Origin: Naegleria gruberi
Lineage: Eukaryota
Direction: 5' to 3' (one strand)
DNA: 64,000 nucleotides
NCBI GenBank assembly: GCA_000004985.1
Contig: GG738845.1
Below the pieces are notes generated by a model. The model was not told the DNA's origin. It made no database searches and was given only the letters and a program-made list of their open reading frames with translations. Below, one piece after another: positions 22,282-34,200 of this stretch. Each line of letters begins with the position of its first letter. Positions within the stretch are counted from its first letter, which is position 1. A program made the position numbers and the translations under genes.

Positions 22282-23234
22282 ATGTCCACAAATAAGACCA
22301 CATCATCATCTGATGGAGAAGAACAGAGGAACAAGCCTGTTGCACGTTTCAGCAAGGAGGATTTACCAATACTTAAGACCTTCATGGAATCTGCGTTGAA
22401 AATCTACAAGACAGAAAGAGAATGTTACAAAGCATTTGGGAAAAAGTACGGCTATTCCGAAAGTCAAGTTAAACGTAACTACACTGAAAAAATTCGGCCA
22501 TTACTTACTTACTGATAAAGATGATTTGAAAGAAAAATTTAAAAAACGAGCAGCCAATGATGACGACGTTGAAATGGAACGGATTTTTGATGAGAAAGAA
22601 AAGAAGAAACAAAAAATTGAACAACAAGTTGAACGTGCTAAAGAAATTGATGCTGAAATTGAGTATCAATCCGATTCATCTGAAGATTCTTTATTTTGCA
22701 CTCCTTCAAAAACACATATTACAAAAGCGTTGAATCACAAGAATGAATCAGATGTTTACTTTTCATCATTTTGAGAGTAGAACACATCATGTTTTTGCTG
22801 TAAGATATCCAAATCATTTTCTGTTCGAATTTAAAGGTGTAAGTCGTAAAGAAAAGGAAATTTTGATTGATGTGAGTGTTTCTACTTCTTTAAAAGCAAG
22901 TGATATTCAATCAATTTTTGATTCAAACAACGTTAATATTGAAAAGTTAGAAGAAAAGACTGACATATCTACTTCAGTTTACACTTTGAAACAAAAGTTG
23001 CCTAAAAGTGCAGACGCACAGCTCATCAAACAAGGGATTGGATTGCTGCCAGATTCTGAAGACAGAGTGTTCCTACTTTATTGTGAGAAGAAAGTGGATA
23101 TTTTAAAACCATCAAGTGCGAACTCTTTCGCGTTCTTTGCCTCTCCTAAACCAAAAAAACCTCAACTCGAAAGCACTCAGCAAACTCAAGATGCAAGTAC
23201 AGACAATCAAAGTACGAGAGATGCAGATGAATAA
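22282..23234 (+). CDS. Hypothetical acidic/Lys-rich protein whose reading frame is interrupted twice (three consecutive ORFs in frames 1, 2, 3)
   Basis: ORFs 22243-22515, 22436-22774 and 22743-23234 overlap by 80 and 32 nt and step +1 in frame each time. The first junction coincides with an A6 run (22487-22492), where removing one A fuses ORF1 and ORF2. No intron signals fit, because the overlap regions are GC-normal and a candidate 75-nt GT..AG is a multiple of 3. This is either sequencing indels or a pseudogene. Confidence 0.4.
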
Positions 23235-23444
23235 ATTTGCTATCCCACTAGGTGTCAATTACTAAGTTAACTTTTGTACCAAAACATTACTTCAATTAAT
23301 GAAAAAGAACAAATTGGAGCATGACACTTTTAGTTTACAAAATTTATTCTTTTTTGACCAAGGTCATTATTATGCTACAATAATTGATATTTCGATAGCA
23401 AATCCGCAAATATACTATATTATCACTCAACTTTACACAAAAAA

Positions 23445-24674
23445 TTAGAATCTCATTGCAGGGTTGTATCCTGGTTGTGGATATCCTCTACCCATCATTG
23501 GTGGTCCATTCATTCCCATACCATTGTTGAGTGGTGGAGGTCCATTCATACCCATTCCCATTCCATTATTAAGTGGTGGTGGACCATTCATCATTCCCAT
23601 TCCATTATTAAATCCTTGTGGTGGATATCCTCTACCCATCATTGGTGGAGGCCCATTCATTCCCATTCCATTATTAAGTGGTGGAGGTCCGTTCATACCC
23701 ATTCCCATTCCATTGTTGAGTGGTGGAGGATATCCCATACCTCTTCCCATTCCATTGTTAAGTGGTGGTGGACCATTCATTCCCATTCCATTATTAAGTG
23801 GTGGAGGATAATTCATTCCTCTTCCCATTCCGTTGTTGTTGAGTGGAGGAGGACCACCTGGAATTGTGAATGGTTGTTGTTGTTGTTGTTGTTGTGGAGG
23901 TTGATTACTTCTGGCAGTAGGTTGGAGAGGAGAATCAAATAAATTCAAAACGCTATCCTTGCTAGATACTTGTGTTCTTTGTCCTGTTTGAGTGTTATCC
24001 ATAATAATGAATTCGGATAAATCATTTTGTTTTGGAGTATCTTCAAAAGTAATCAATGATGGAGTATTAGATTGTTGAACTGGTGGTTGCTTGACTTGTT
24101 GAACTGGTCTTGTTTGCTTTTGTGGAGGAGGATTAGCAATGTCATCTTGAGATGATACTGAACGTAAATTTTGTTGTCTGTTTTGTTGGAAATTTTGTGT
24201 AGAGATTGATTGTTTGAGTGGAGTGGTTGGTGTAGTGGCAGGTGATGAATCCTCACTATTCAAATCCAAATTTCCGTATTCTCTAGCATATGCATCATTA
24301 TCAATCCAAAGTTTTCTCTCATATTTTGCTCTGATAAACTTTTCCACTGTTGCAGTATCGGTATCTGCTGTTGGTTTTTCTCTGTCCAATTTGGCTTCGA
24401 AAATGGTATTAGCCTTCTCATTACCAAATAATTCAACCATTCTTCTTTGTTCGTCATTCCATGAATCAAGACCAACACTTCTCACCTTGGAAATATGTGT
24501 ACCTAATTTTCTATGCAAACCAGCACATCTTATACAAAAGAATACACCTTGAGTAGTACTTGCCCATTGTGGTCCTCTTGCGTTACAATCAGCACAAACC
24601 TTGTTTGATGGTATCTTTAAAAGATCATTGACAAGTTTCTTATTCCTTGAATTTTGTTCTTGTTTGCTGGACAT
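23445..24674 (-). CDS. ArfGAP-domain protein with C-terminal Gly/Met/Pro/Asn-rich tandem repeats
   Basis: The N-terminus has the ArfGAP C4 zinc finger (CADCNARGPQWASTTQGVFFCIRCAGLHRKLGTHISKVRSV) and the catalytic Arg. The C-terminal 150 aa are repeats of PPPLNNGMG(R/M)GMN(Y/G). Confidence 0.8.
   Translation of the reverse strand: MSSKQEQNSRNKKLVNDLLKIPSNKVCADCNARGPQWASTTQGVFFCIRCAGLHRKLGTHISKVRSVGLDSWNDEQRRMVELFGNEKANTIFEAKLDREKPTADTDTATVEKFIRAKYERKLWIDNDAYAREYGNLDLNSEDSSPATTPTTPLKQSISTQNFQQNRQQNLRSVSSQDDIANPPPQKQTRPVQQVKQPPVQQSNTPSLITFEDTPKQNDLSEFIIMDNTQTGQRTQVSSKDSVLNLFDSPLQPTARSNQPPQQQQQQQPFTIPGGPPPLNNNGMGRGMNYPPPLNNGMGMNGPPPLNNGMGRGMGYPPPLNNGMGMGMNGPPPLNNGMGMNGPPPMMGRGYPPQGFNNGMGMMNGPPPLNNGMGMGMNGPPPLNNGMGMNGPPMMGRGYPQPGYNPAMRF
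23464..23890. repeat. Coding tandem repeat (~45-60 nt units, ~8 copies) plus (TTG)7 tract; encodes the PPPLNNGMG repeats of the ArfGAP
   Basis: Repeated GGTGGAGGTCCATTCATACCCATTCC(CATTCC)ATTGTTGAGT-like units are visible. The + strand ORFs 23464-23811 and 23475-23942 are antisense artefacts of this repeat. Confidence 0.6.
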
Positions 24675-25282
24675 TTTCCTCTCTTTATATAAACTGAAGA
24701 TGATAAAATGACTAGAGTTTGATGAGTGATGATGAACAACAAACGGTACTTTTTTTTTAAAAAATAAAATTAATTTGAATTTTAATTATCAAATTTCATA
24801 GAGGAGGATTGGTCACAACGGTCAACGTTTATCGATTCTCATCATGGCAAAAACGATGACGACACATGATTACGCGGCAAAGAGAAGAGAGAACTTTTGG
24901 ATAACAACTTGTATGAGACATTGTCAACAAAGACCGACTACAAGTGGATAATGAAAATTACTTGAAACAATTTCCAAATGAATCAATAATATTTTGAGTA
25001 TATGAAAATCCTGATATTGGTTGACTGAATCAGTCATTACAACACTATTGGAATTTTAGATTGAAATACCAAAAGCAATCAATGGAGTTTAATTTGGTAT
25101 TTACAAAAAATCAAAAAAGTTTAGTGATTAAAAAAATTGCAACAATATTACACTTCCGAATAGCTTGCCTTCCTTCTAATTGATCATCTTCATCATCAGG
25201 ATATTATTTAATTAGATAGATTAATAATTTAGTGATTTTTGGATGAAAGAAAACATCAAATTCTAGAAACTCTAATTTTCAT

Positions 25283-27472
25283 ATGAATAATTCAACAGGA
25301 GAAAAGACACGATCATCATCATCGACTTCCTATACACCCATTCTACAAAATCAACAACAACAACAACAACAAGAAGGTTATTATAGTATTAATAATACAG
25401 AAGATTATATGAGTTTTGATCCTCGTAGACAAAATTATCAGAGAGGAAGTACCAACTATCCATTCACTCCACCATCATTAGCCTACACATCCCGATCGGT
25501 TTCATCCCCTAGAATTTCAATACCATCAAATAATGATTATTACGTAAGAGGAGGTACATCATCGTTTCAACAACCTTCAGCATTTTCACCGAGAGCTACT
25601 TCAAATGTACCAAATAGTTTTAATTCTAATTATTTACAAGTTTATGGCGTTCCTAAAAGCAGTAGAATACAGGATATGCCAATGGGATCATTGTATACCA
25701 GCTCTTTTGAGGATAATTATGGTAGAACTAGTGTAGGAGAGGATTATTATGAGGATGTGGAAGAGGAAGATTCTGATTTCACAAATGGAGAAGATAATTA
25801 TCACATTGTTACAGGAGATGGAGGGGATTTTTATGCTGATGTCAATAATCAAAATAATGATGTTTATTATACTGACAATGAAAGAGAGGAAAACCCAGAA
25901 CAAACATTATTGAATGAAAGAGAATCTAAAGAAACACAATATGAATCTTCGACGATGAAAAATTGGATCAGTAGATTATGTTCTTGTTGTTGTTCATCAT
26001 CAACATCTCGTCACCACGAAAATGAAACCTATAGAAAGGATACACCAACATGGAGATTATTCTTTGCTACCATGTGTTTTTGTGCCATGCAATTGTGTTG
26101 GAGTTTGCAAATTTCTCAGCTTACACCTCACATTTTGGAAATGAATTTTCCAAAAATTTGGATCACCCTAGTTTGGTTGTGTGGACCATTGTCTGGAATT
26201 ATTGTCCAGCCAATTGTTGGAGTTTGGTCAGATAGGTGTAAGAGTTCACTAGGTAGAAGAAGACCATTCATTCTTGTTGGGTCAATATTTATGGTGCTAT
26301 CTCTTTGTTTCATTGTCAACTGTTTGGATTTGGGGTATTTATTAGGAGACACTATAGATAACACAACCTGGTCTCTCACATTTACAATTATTGGATTTTG
26401 GATTCTTGACATTTCTCTCAACACACTACAAGGACCAGCCAGAGCTCTTGTAGCTGATATTGCTGTGCAGAGAAAGCAGGATAGTGCCAATGCCTTTTTC
26501 ACATTCTGGGTTGGACTTGGTAATGTAATTGGGTATGGTAGTAGCTTTATAGATTTTTCAGAATACATTCCAATGTATGCCACTCCACTGTGTAACAAGA
26601 CATGTGTCAATATGAAAGTCTCCTTCTACTTTTCCTCCATTGTAATTATTATTTCATGTATTGGTACTTTGATATTTGCAAAGGAGCAGAGTTTGGATGT
26701 TTTGAAAAATACTCTCTTCGACCAAGGAAAGAAACCAGACCGATTACAAGAGGATGACATGAATTTGAGGAATAGATTGAAGAAGTGGTTCTGCAATCCA
26801 AATCCAATTGTGAGACTTGCAAAGTACATTTACAAACTTCCAAGAACTATGAAAGTTTTGTGTATTTATCAGTTTTTCTCTTGGATTGGTTGGTTCTCCT
26901 TCTTGGTGTATATTACAGATTGGGTGGGAGAATCAGTTTTTAGAGGAAATCCTGATCCGCAACATCCTGCTTACCAACTCTACGAGACTGGAGTCAGATT
27001 TGGCTCTTTTGGATTGGCTGGGTTCAGTATTGTATCAATGATTTTCTCTCCTTTCATTCCAAGAATTTCCAAACGATATGGCAGCAAGGTACTTTTATTT
27101 ATTGCTCAAGTGATACTGAGCTTGTTATTATTAATGACCTTTTTCGTCAAGAACAAATACTGGGCAATTGTATTGATTAGTTGTTTTGGTGTTCCGTACT
27201 CTATTTCCAATACTCTTCCTTTCACTCTTTGCTCCACTTCGGCTGATGACTTTAATAAGGGTACCTATATGGGTATTCTCAATGTTTTTATAGTTGTTCC
27301 TCAGTTAATCATGTCAGTATTTAATCCAGTGATAGTCTATGTATTTGATGGTAATACTGTAGCTACACTAGTAGGTGGATCTATAGCAAGTTTATTCTCT
27401 TCAGTAATTGTTTGGTTCGTTAGAATTCCAAAAATTAGAAAAAAGAAGAGGAGAAATAACAACACGAATTAG
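25283..27472 (+). CDS. SLC45 / plant sucrose-H+ symporter (GPH) family-like membrane transporter with long low-complexity N-terminus
   Basis: 729-aa ORF with about 12 predicted TM helices after residue 250. The family motif R-x-G-R-R-R-P-F is present (CKSSLGRRRPFILVGSI) after TM2. The N-terminus has poly-Gln. Confidence 0.65.
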   Translation: MNNSTGEKTRSSSSTSYTPILQNQQQQQQQEGYYSINNTEDYMSFDPRRQNYQRGSTNYPFTPPSLAYTSRSVSSPRISIPSNNDYYVRGGTSSFQQPSAFSPRATSNVPNSFNSNYLQVYGVPKSSRIQDMPMGSLYTSSFEDNYGRTSVGEDYYEDVEEEDSDFTNGEDNYHIVTGDGGDFYADVNNQNNDVYYTDNEREENPEQTLLNERESKETQYESSTMKNWISRLCSCCCSSSTSRHHENETYRKDTPTWRLFFATMCFCAMQLCWSLQISQLTPHILEMNFPKIWITLVWLCGPLSGIIVQPIVGVWSDRCKSSLGRRRPFILVGSIFMVLSLCFIVNCLDLGYLLGDTIDNTTWSLTFTIIGFWILDISLNTLQGPARALVADIAVQRKQDSANAFFTFWVGLGNVIGYGSSFIDFSEYIPMYATPLCNKTCVNMKVSFYFSSIVIIISCIGTLIFAKEQSLDVLKNTLFDQGKKPDRLQEDDMNLRNRLKKWFCNPNPIVRLAKYIYKLPRTMKVLCIYQFFSWIGWFSFLVYITDWVGESVFRGNPDPQHPAYQLYETGVRFGSFGLAGFSIVSMIFSPFIPRISKRYGSKVLLFIAQVILSLLLLMTFFVKNKYWAIVLISCFGVPYSISNTLPFTLCSTSADDFNKGTYMGILNVFIVVPQLIMSVFNPVIVYVFDGNTVATLVGGSIASLFSSVIVWFVRIPKIRKKKRRNNNTN

Positions 27473-27687
27473 TATCAATAGGATTGAGTTTACTTGATTC
27501 AATTGAGATTTAATTTTCCAATTTGTTGGCAATTAGGATGAAGGTTATATTGCTTTTAGGCTGAGAGAATAACCTTAAATTTACCGCATAAATTATTTTC
27601 TTTCATTTATCCTCCTCTATAAAGAAAGGTTGGATTCTAAACTATGGATTTTCAATATTGTGCTATTTACATAATCATCTTAAACAA

Positions 27688-28137
27688 TTAATTCAACATT
27701 CCATTTTCAATAACTAGAAAATCAGATTCTGATATTTCCTTAAATCCAAATCTAAAAGCCATGCCCCAATTCTTCTTATTTGTAATAAATTCCAATTGAT
27801 CCAATACTGAATGAACAGAAAGTTCCTTCACATTCTTTTCAAATTCTACGTTCACTCTCCACGGTTTAAAATCTTCACTCATCACCACCTGATAGGGTTT
27901 ATCATCACTCTTTACAGTTCCAATTGCTGTAAACATTTGGCATGAATTTGCCTTTCCACTTTCTTCCATTTTAATTTTTGATGAATAGTAAACAACACGG
28001 TCGCCTGCCTTCATCCTCTTCAAGGGAGCAACCTTTCCGTGACAAGCTTGAGCAATAGAGAGCTCAATCCCTTTCCGAACATGATCTTTACTAGCAACGA
28101 TGAGAAAATACTTGATGGCACGAGTTGTTGTTTTCAT
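27688..28137 (-). CDS. EVE/PUA-like domain protein (bacterial-type)
   Basis: 149-aa ORF. KYFLIVASKDHVRKG ... MKAGDRVVYYSSK resembles the N-terminal strand and the GD-x-V-x-FY motif of EVE (PUA-like) domains. This is a weak, by-eye assignment. Confidence 0.45.
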   Translation of the reverse strand: MKTTTRAIKYFLIVASKDHVRKGIELSIAQACHGKVAPLKRMKAGDRVVYYSSKIKMEESGKANSCQMFTAIGTVKSDDKPYQVVMSEDFKPWRVNVEFEKNVKELSVHSVLDQLEFITNKKNWGMAFRFGFKEISESDFLVIENGMLN

Positions 28138-28585
28138 ATTTTTTTAATGTTTTGAATTTGAGTGGATAACAGTTCAAGCGGGCAATAGAAATAGATTTTC
28201 AAAAATGTCCTCAGAGGACACTTTCTCATCTGCTGATTCAAGACACATTTTCAAAATTGAAACTTCTTTTGTTGAATTATTCTTGAAAATTCGAACTTCG
28301 TGAAAATCTTGAATATTAAAACGGAGATTTGAAAAGTAGTGTTTCTATGAAGATGGTTTAATAATTTAGATTAGTTTGGAAATGAGAAAGGTAAATTTAA
28401 CAAATTACTGACACTCGATAAAAGGGAAGTCTGTAAGTTTAATATATTGTTTTATGTAATTTCGCATTCCTGAAAATCAGTTCTGATTCAACATTGCTTT
28501 ATTGAGTTTTAATGTTACTAACTTCCAAGAAACTCTGTATATTAAATATTATTTACGTAAGTAGTAGTACTGAAATATTTACAAA

Positions 28586-29017
28586 TTAATTGTTCACTCT
28601 TTCCTTAAATCCACACTTTAGACATTCATAAAATACAGTTTGACCTTCGTCAGCCGAACGTAACTGCATTGTAAAGAATTTTCTTTGAGGATGATGACAT
28701 TTTGGACATGGTTCGTTGATGATAGAAAATTCATTACCCGAAGACTTTTCTTCCTTTAATCTTTCTTCTAATTCTGCAATCTTTGATTTTCTCGGGATGG
28801 ACATTTTGAAAGAAAATTGAACATCATTATAGTCAGTAATATTAAATCTAGCACCACAACATGAACAAGCCCATGTTGTTACTGTCGGAGCTGTTGGAAA
28901 AGACAATAATGTACCACATTCGTGGCAAAACATTTTTGAAGCATAGAAATGAATGTCGGAAGATTTAGTTGCTGTTATGCCAGTGGCAGTGGTGGTAGCG
29001 GTTTCGTTGTTACTCAT
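28586..29017 (-). CDS. RNA polymerase small subunit of the RPA12/RPB9/RPC11 (TFIIS-type zinc ribbon) family, most like Pol I A12.2
   Basis: 143-aa ORF. The N-terminal zinc ribbon is CHECG...CSCCG. The C-terminal TFIIS-type ribbon is CPKCHHPQRKFFTMQLRSADEGQTVFYECLKCGFK and contains the invariant RSADE motif. Confidence 0.7.
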   Translation of the reverse strand: MSNNETATTTATGITATKSSDIHFYASKMFCHECGTLLSFPTAPTVTTWACSCCGARFNITDYNDVQFSFKMSIPRKSKIAELEERLKEEKSSGNEFSIINEPCPKCHHPQRKFFTMQLRSADEGQTVFYECLKCGFKERVNN

Positions 29018-29182
29018 TTTTTTTGAATTTCAATTTAAAAATGAAAAATGTTAAATTGATGAGAATTTTGCAACTTTCTTGTGAGGTTAATTAGAAAATA
29101 CGAAATCTAAGTCATACCATGTACTTGAATAGATTAATTGTTTCCACACCACTTCTAACATGATAAGGTAAGCAACAAAATT

Positions 29183-29273
29183 TGATGAGTGTGGGATTTG
29201 AACCCACGCCCTTGCGGAACACGGTATTAATCATACCTTAACGTGTCGTCTTAGACCACTCGACCAACTCACC
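29183..29273 (-). tRNA. tRNA-Leu (AAG) with 11-nt intron, identical copy 2
   Basis: The 91-nt sequence is identical to the copy at 21935-22025. A TTTT terminator follows, and the same ~45-bp conserved 5' flank is present. Confidence 0.8.
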
Positions 29274-29607
29274 ATCTGTAAATTTTTTAATATTACCATT
29301 ATGTTGATTTTTGAAGAAATTTTAAATTAAGCATTAATTGAAATTTGTAAAGTGAGAGAAGGAAATTTAGTAAAAGATACAATTTATTAGTTATTAACAC
29401 AATTCCTTGAGTAAATTTTCTTGGAATCATTTGATAATGGTTCACGATTATCATGTTGGTTGGATTAGAGTTTCTTCTTCTTTTCGTACTGAAATCTTTT
29501 CACCTAATGACCTTTCGCGTTTAAGAGTGCCATTAACATGTTATTCTAGTTTCCAAACAGAGCTATCGGTATTTCTATAGTAAACTACGGGTTTTTCCAT
29601 TGAGGTA

Positions 29608-30649
29608 TTATTGAATATGATTTGTTTCTTCTTGAAATATATCGTTTTCAATTGATCTCAAATCAAGAATGGTTTGATTTTCATACTTTTGATTGAAATT
29701 TCTCCAATGAGAATTCATCATTGTTGATAAATATTTGGAACTCGAAAAATTATTTGAAATGGTAAAGTCTTTCTCTTCAAATCGAATGATAACTTGCTCT
29801 ATTAGTGGTATTTCATTTTCATTTGTTGTCAAATTATTGACATCGCAAGTCTTGAATGGTTCAATTCCAAATTCATCATATGGTTCAATAAATTCAAAAT
29901 CATTCACTACTTTTGACAGCCAATATAGTGCTAATTTCAAATCCATTTCAACACCCTCTCCTTTTTTGTAACAACAACCAAGATTAAATTGACCATCCTT
30001 GCACCCTTTTTCAGCAGCTTTGAAATACCACTCAAATGCTTTAACATCGTCTTGTTCTACTCCTATACCATCATCAAAGCAAACGCCAATATTTAATTGA
30101 GCTCTTGCATAACCCTTTTCAGCAGCTCTTAAATACCATTCAAATGCTTTAACATCGTCTTGCTCAACTCCTGCACCTTTTCTATAAATACATCCAATCA
30201 CAAACTGTGCATCTGTATCACCCTTTTCAGCAGCTTTTAAATACCATTCAAATGCTTTAACATAGTCTTGTTGAACGCCTTTCCCCTCCTCAAAAAATGC
30301 TCCAACATTAAATTGAGCAGTTGTATCACCCTTTTCAGCAGCTTTTAAAGTCCATCGTTCTACACAAGTGAAAAGACAAACTGCATAATATCGATACCAA
30401 CACAGCAACACAGGACCACTGATGGAGGAATTTATACAATTTTTTATTAGAAGAATAGGAAATCAATGCTGTTTGTTGATTTCTCTTCCAACCTTGATTG
30501 TATGGTGCATCTAAAATGACATAAATATTGGTTAAACCACAAAGTTCAAGACTGTCATTAATCGGATCTCTGGATGTGTAAGCGAGGATGAAGATAATCT
30601 TCTGATCATTTCCAGAAGGTATTGTTAACATCATGTTGTGGTGTAGCAC
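29608..30649 (-). CDS. Sel1-like repeat (SLR/TPR-like) protein; reading frame shifts once near an A6/T6 homopolymer (~30440-30445)
   Basis: Six or more Sel1 repeats (KAFEWYLKAAEKGDTDAQFVIGCIYRKGAGVEQD) lie in ORF 29608-30411. The N-terminal part (MLTIPSGNDQKIIFILAYTSRDPINDSLELCGLTNIYVILDAPYNQGWKRNQQ) is in ORF 30335-30649, one frame off. Both frames are open across a ~120-nt overlap that contains a T6 run. Confidence 0.55.
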
Positions 30650-31293
30650 ATTGTAGGTTGTTGGCTTGTTTTTTTTTGTTGGAAAATTAAATTGTTATAA
30701 TAATTCTAACGGTTAATTTCAGCGGTAAAACACAAGAATGATCCTTTTTGCTTTCATTTTTGGACGCTCCGAACTTCTTCAACCAATTTTCAAAAAATCG
30801 AGCTGTGGTTAATTATTAGAAAAGGTAGATCACTAGGAACGAAATCTCACCATAAGAATATGTTATTTGATGTTGGCTTTCAGAATATATTCAAATCTTT
30901 GTCCTAGAACCTTTCATTCAAAAATAAGAAGAACTTTTTACAAAAAATCAAGGTTTTCCACTGTATTCTTCCTGAAAGTGACTTGAGAGAACCATAGCAC
31001 CTAGGAAAAGGATTTCAACGCCCTTATACATTAAACAGGGTCTATATTACAAAAATGTTATTATCTTGATCCTAGAACCTCTTCATTATATCAAACCAAC
31101 CATGCATACATGATTTTCAAAATAACTAGAGCAGAAGAAACAAATCTGAGAACGTATTCGTGTAGATCAGCCTCGATCTATATGAAAACCAAATAACAAT
31201 TCATCCTAGATATTATATTTATTTGGAGATTAGCTTGAGACAATAGTTACGCTTTGCGTTAACAGGACATTCCGCCCCCTTGCAAGAAATTGT

Positions 31294-34200
31294 TTATTCT
31301 GCTGGTTTGATGAGAATACCTTCAAAGAAAGAATTGGAAAGGATTTGCTTGGCACTTGGTCTCTTACTGGCATCCTTCTCCAGCAAAGATAAACAAATAT
31401 TAATCAATGTTGATGAATAATTTCCTGATTTTTCCATTTCCTTTGTTAATTTATCAATGGCTTCTTCCTCTCTATTCGAAATAAACATGTGACTGACAGC
31501 TGTGGTTGTGTCTTTGGTCATGATTTGATAGATAGCCACTCCCAATGAATAGATATCGGTGTTGAAACTGTACTTTCCTCCAGTTGCGAGTTCTAAAGAC
31601 ATGTATAAAGGAGTGCCAGCATAAGATCTGTCAACTGAACCCATACTTGCTTTGGCTAGACCAAAATCGGCTAATACAACATGAATATTATCGGAATCAA
31701 GGTCTCTAATAAAAATATTAGATGGTTTGACATCTCTGTGAATAACTTTCAGTTTTGTGTGAACAAAATTCAAAGCATCACAAATCTGATAAATAATCTG
31801 CTTTACCTTTCTTTCACTACACCATTCCGTATCGTTCATTAGCTTGAGTAAATCACCATTCGAATAGAAATCCATATCAATACACAATAATTGAGAATTA
31901 TCCACAAAAAAGTCATTAACTTTGATAATATTTTCATGATCAATGTTCATCAATTGAGAACCTTCTTTCATCATTCCATTCAATTCCTCAGCAGAAGAGT
32001 ATTTGATGATTTTAAGAGCTTTTGTTTTGTTTTGCTTGGTATCAAATGCTTTAAATACTGACCCAAAGGCACCTTCTCCAATTTTAACTAAATCCTTATA
32101 ACGAGAAAGTGGATTAAATGCATTTTGTGAGTCTGAACTCTTGATAGAGGAAAAACTCATGAGTGGTGTGAAATGTGCACTTTCTTGTGATGGGAAATCA
32201 CTATGAGAGGGTATTGTTACTTCCTCAATTAGTTCAGTTTCCTCTGGTTGTTCTTGTTGGTGTAGGGTTTGTTTCTTCTTTTGTAACACCACCACAACAG
32301 CAACCACTACAATGACCACAATAACAATTACCACCACAATAAATAAAGCGACTAGTATGCCAACAATTAGTCCAATAGTTGCTCCATCATCCACAGGAAT
32401 ATTCTTATTGCCTTGACTTGATTTTGGTGATGCAGTAACGGAAATTGTTGGAGTTATTACAACGTTATTATCAATAACTGAAAAGGTTGTAAAATGTTTG
32501 GTGGCACAAGTAATTTCATAGATATTTGCTGATTTTGACTTGATAATTGTTTGAATACCCAAGGTTGACCAAGTATTGGAGTTCGTATCATAGTAATTAC
32601 ATGATAGATTAGAAGATTTTGTTTCAATATTATCAAAAACAATGTCTACTGTTTGATTTAGATTTGCAACTGAGACTTGTGCCAAGTTATCTATTTTTTG
32701 GATTGAAAGACTTATTATTTTGCTTACAATATTCGAATCTGTCTTCTTAGTCGTTGATTTGAAAATAAAACATGATCTCTTGGAAGACAAATCCACTTGA
32801 GAAGCAAAATTTGATGGGAATTTCACAGTAACATCTGAAATTTGATTTTGTTTTGAGTTAAGTTCTTGAGAGGAGAACAGGAATTGTTTTCTTACTGTGG
32901 TTTCTCCATCAGTTGACTCCACAACATTTTGAGTTATTGAACCTGGGCCTGATAAAAGAATTTCAGTCATTTGAAGAGATGTTTTGAATTGATCAAATAA
33001 TATCAAATTCTGTGATTGACCAATTTCAACTAATTCATTCAACTCACTCAAATGAACTAAATCTATCATATAAGGAAGCGTCTTCTCACTATAATAAGGT
33101 AAATTACTTGTAATACTATTGACTGACCATGAGATCCATTCTTTCAACTCATCTAATTTATCTATTTTCTTATCAGAAAGGTATAAAAGTTTGTAAGTTT
33201 TGTGGAGTGGAGGAATGATGAGTGAAATTAGTTTATCATCCACATTGTAACCAACAGATCTAATGTCAGATAGAACTGATAAAATATCAATCAAGGTTGC
33301 TCTAACACTTGAAAGTGATGTCAGTTGGGATGATTGGGATTCCAAATAGGTCAACAAGAAATTCAATTCTTGTAACATTTCAAGACCTGAAGTTCTATTT
33401 CCTTTCATATAAGAATATTCGTCTTTGAAGTAATTCAACGGATCAGATGTTGGATTGGAAACACTTGTTAAATTTCTCATGAATTCTCCAACGTTTCCAT
33501 TTCTGCTTAAAACTTTCACCTTAATGGAAGAATTTGGAAGAATGGTAGAGAATTTCATGGCTACTTTCTTTTTCAATGTATTTGAAATGATGAATTTACG
33601 TTTCAAATCCATATTAAATTCCATAAGAATCATTAATCGATTCTCAATCATGTGATCACAAGAAATTGTTAAATAACTATTGGAAAGTAAATTAATATCA
33701 CAAGAAACTCTTGGTGAGCGTTCAGAGGTAAACGAGTAAGAGTTTGAAGCAACTACATCAACTCCATTCAGAGCTTGAATCTCGAAAATATAATTCTCCT
33801 CTTGATAGAACAAATCACCACTCATCCAGATGGAAGTTCTCAAATAATTATCACTTTGAGCTAAAATATTTGATTTAAGAGAATCACTCGATTGTAATCT
33901 TCCTTGACTAACCTTCCAGTTATAGTTTGAAAAGTTTCCAGTTATTTCTGCCTCTATGTAACATCCAGAATAGCTCAATGAATTCCAAGCTTTTGTAATC
34001 TTCACAGTGATTGGTTTTGATTTGGTTATTTCGAAGCGACCAACAACTGATCCACTTCCCAAATTATCATCTGAAGTACTAGCTTGAATTTGATAAACTC
34101 CAGGAGTAAGAGAACCTGCAGACAATTTAGCAATATTGGAATTTACACTGAATACCGATTGAGGAATTGTTGTTAATTTTGTGTCATTTTCAACCCTGAA

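Noticed and set aside
23464-23890. Regularly spaced direct repeats, checked as a possible CRISPR array.
   Set aside because: This is a eukaryotic, intron-containing genome. The repeats are in-frame protein-coding repeats of an ArfGAP, with no unique spacers.
23464-23942. + strand ORFs 23464-23811 and 23475-23942.
   Set aside because: They are antisense to the ArfGAP gene's Gly/Met/Pro/Asn repeat region. Repeat periodicity keeps antisense frames open. They have no start context.
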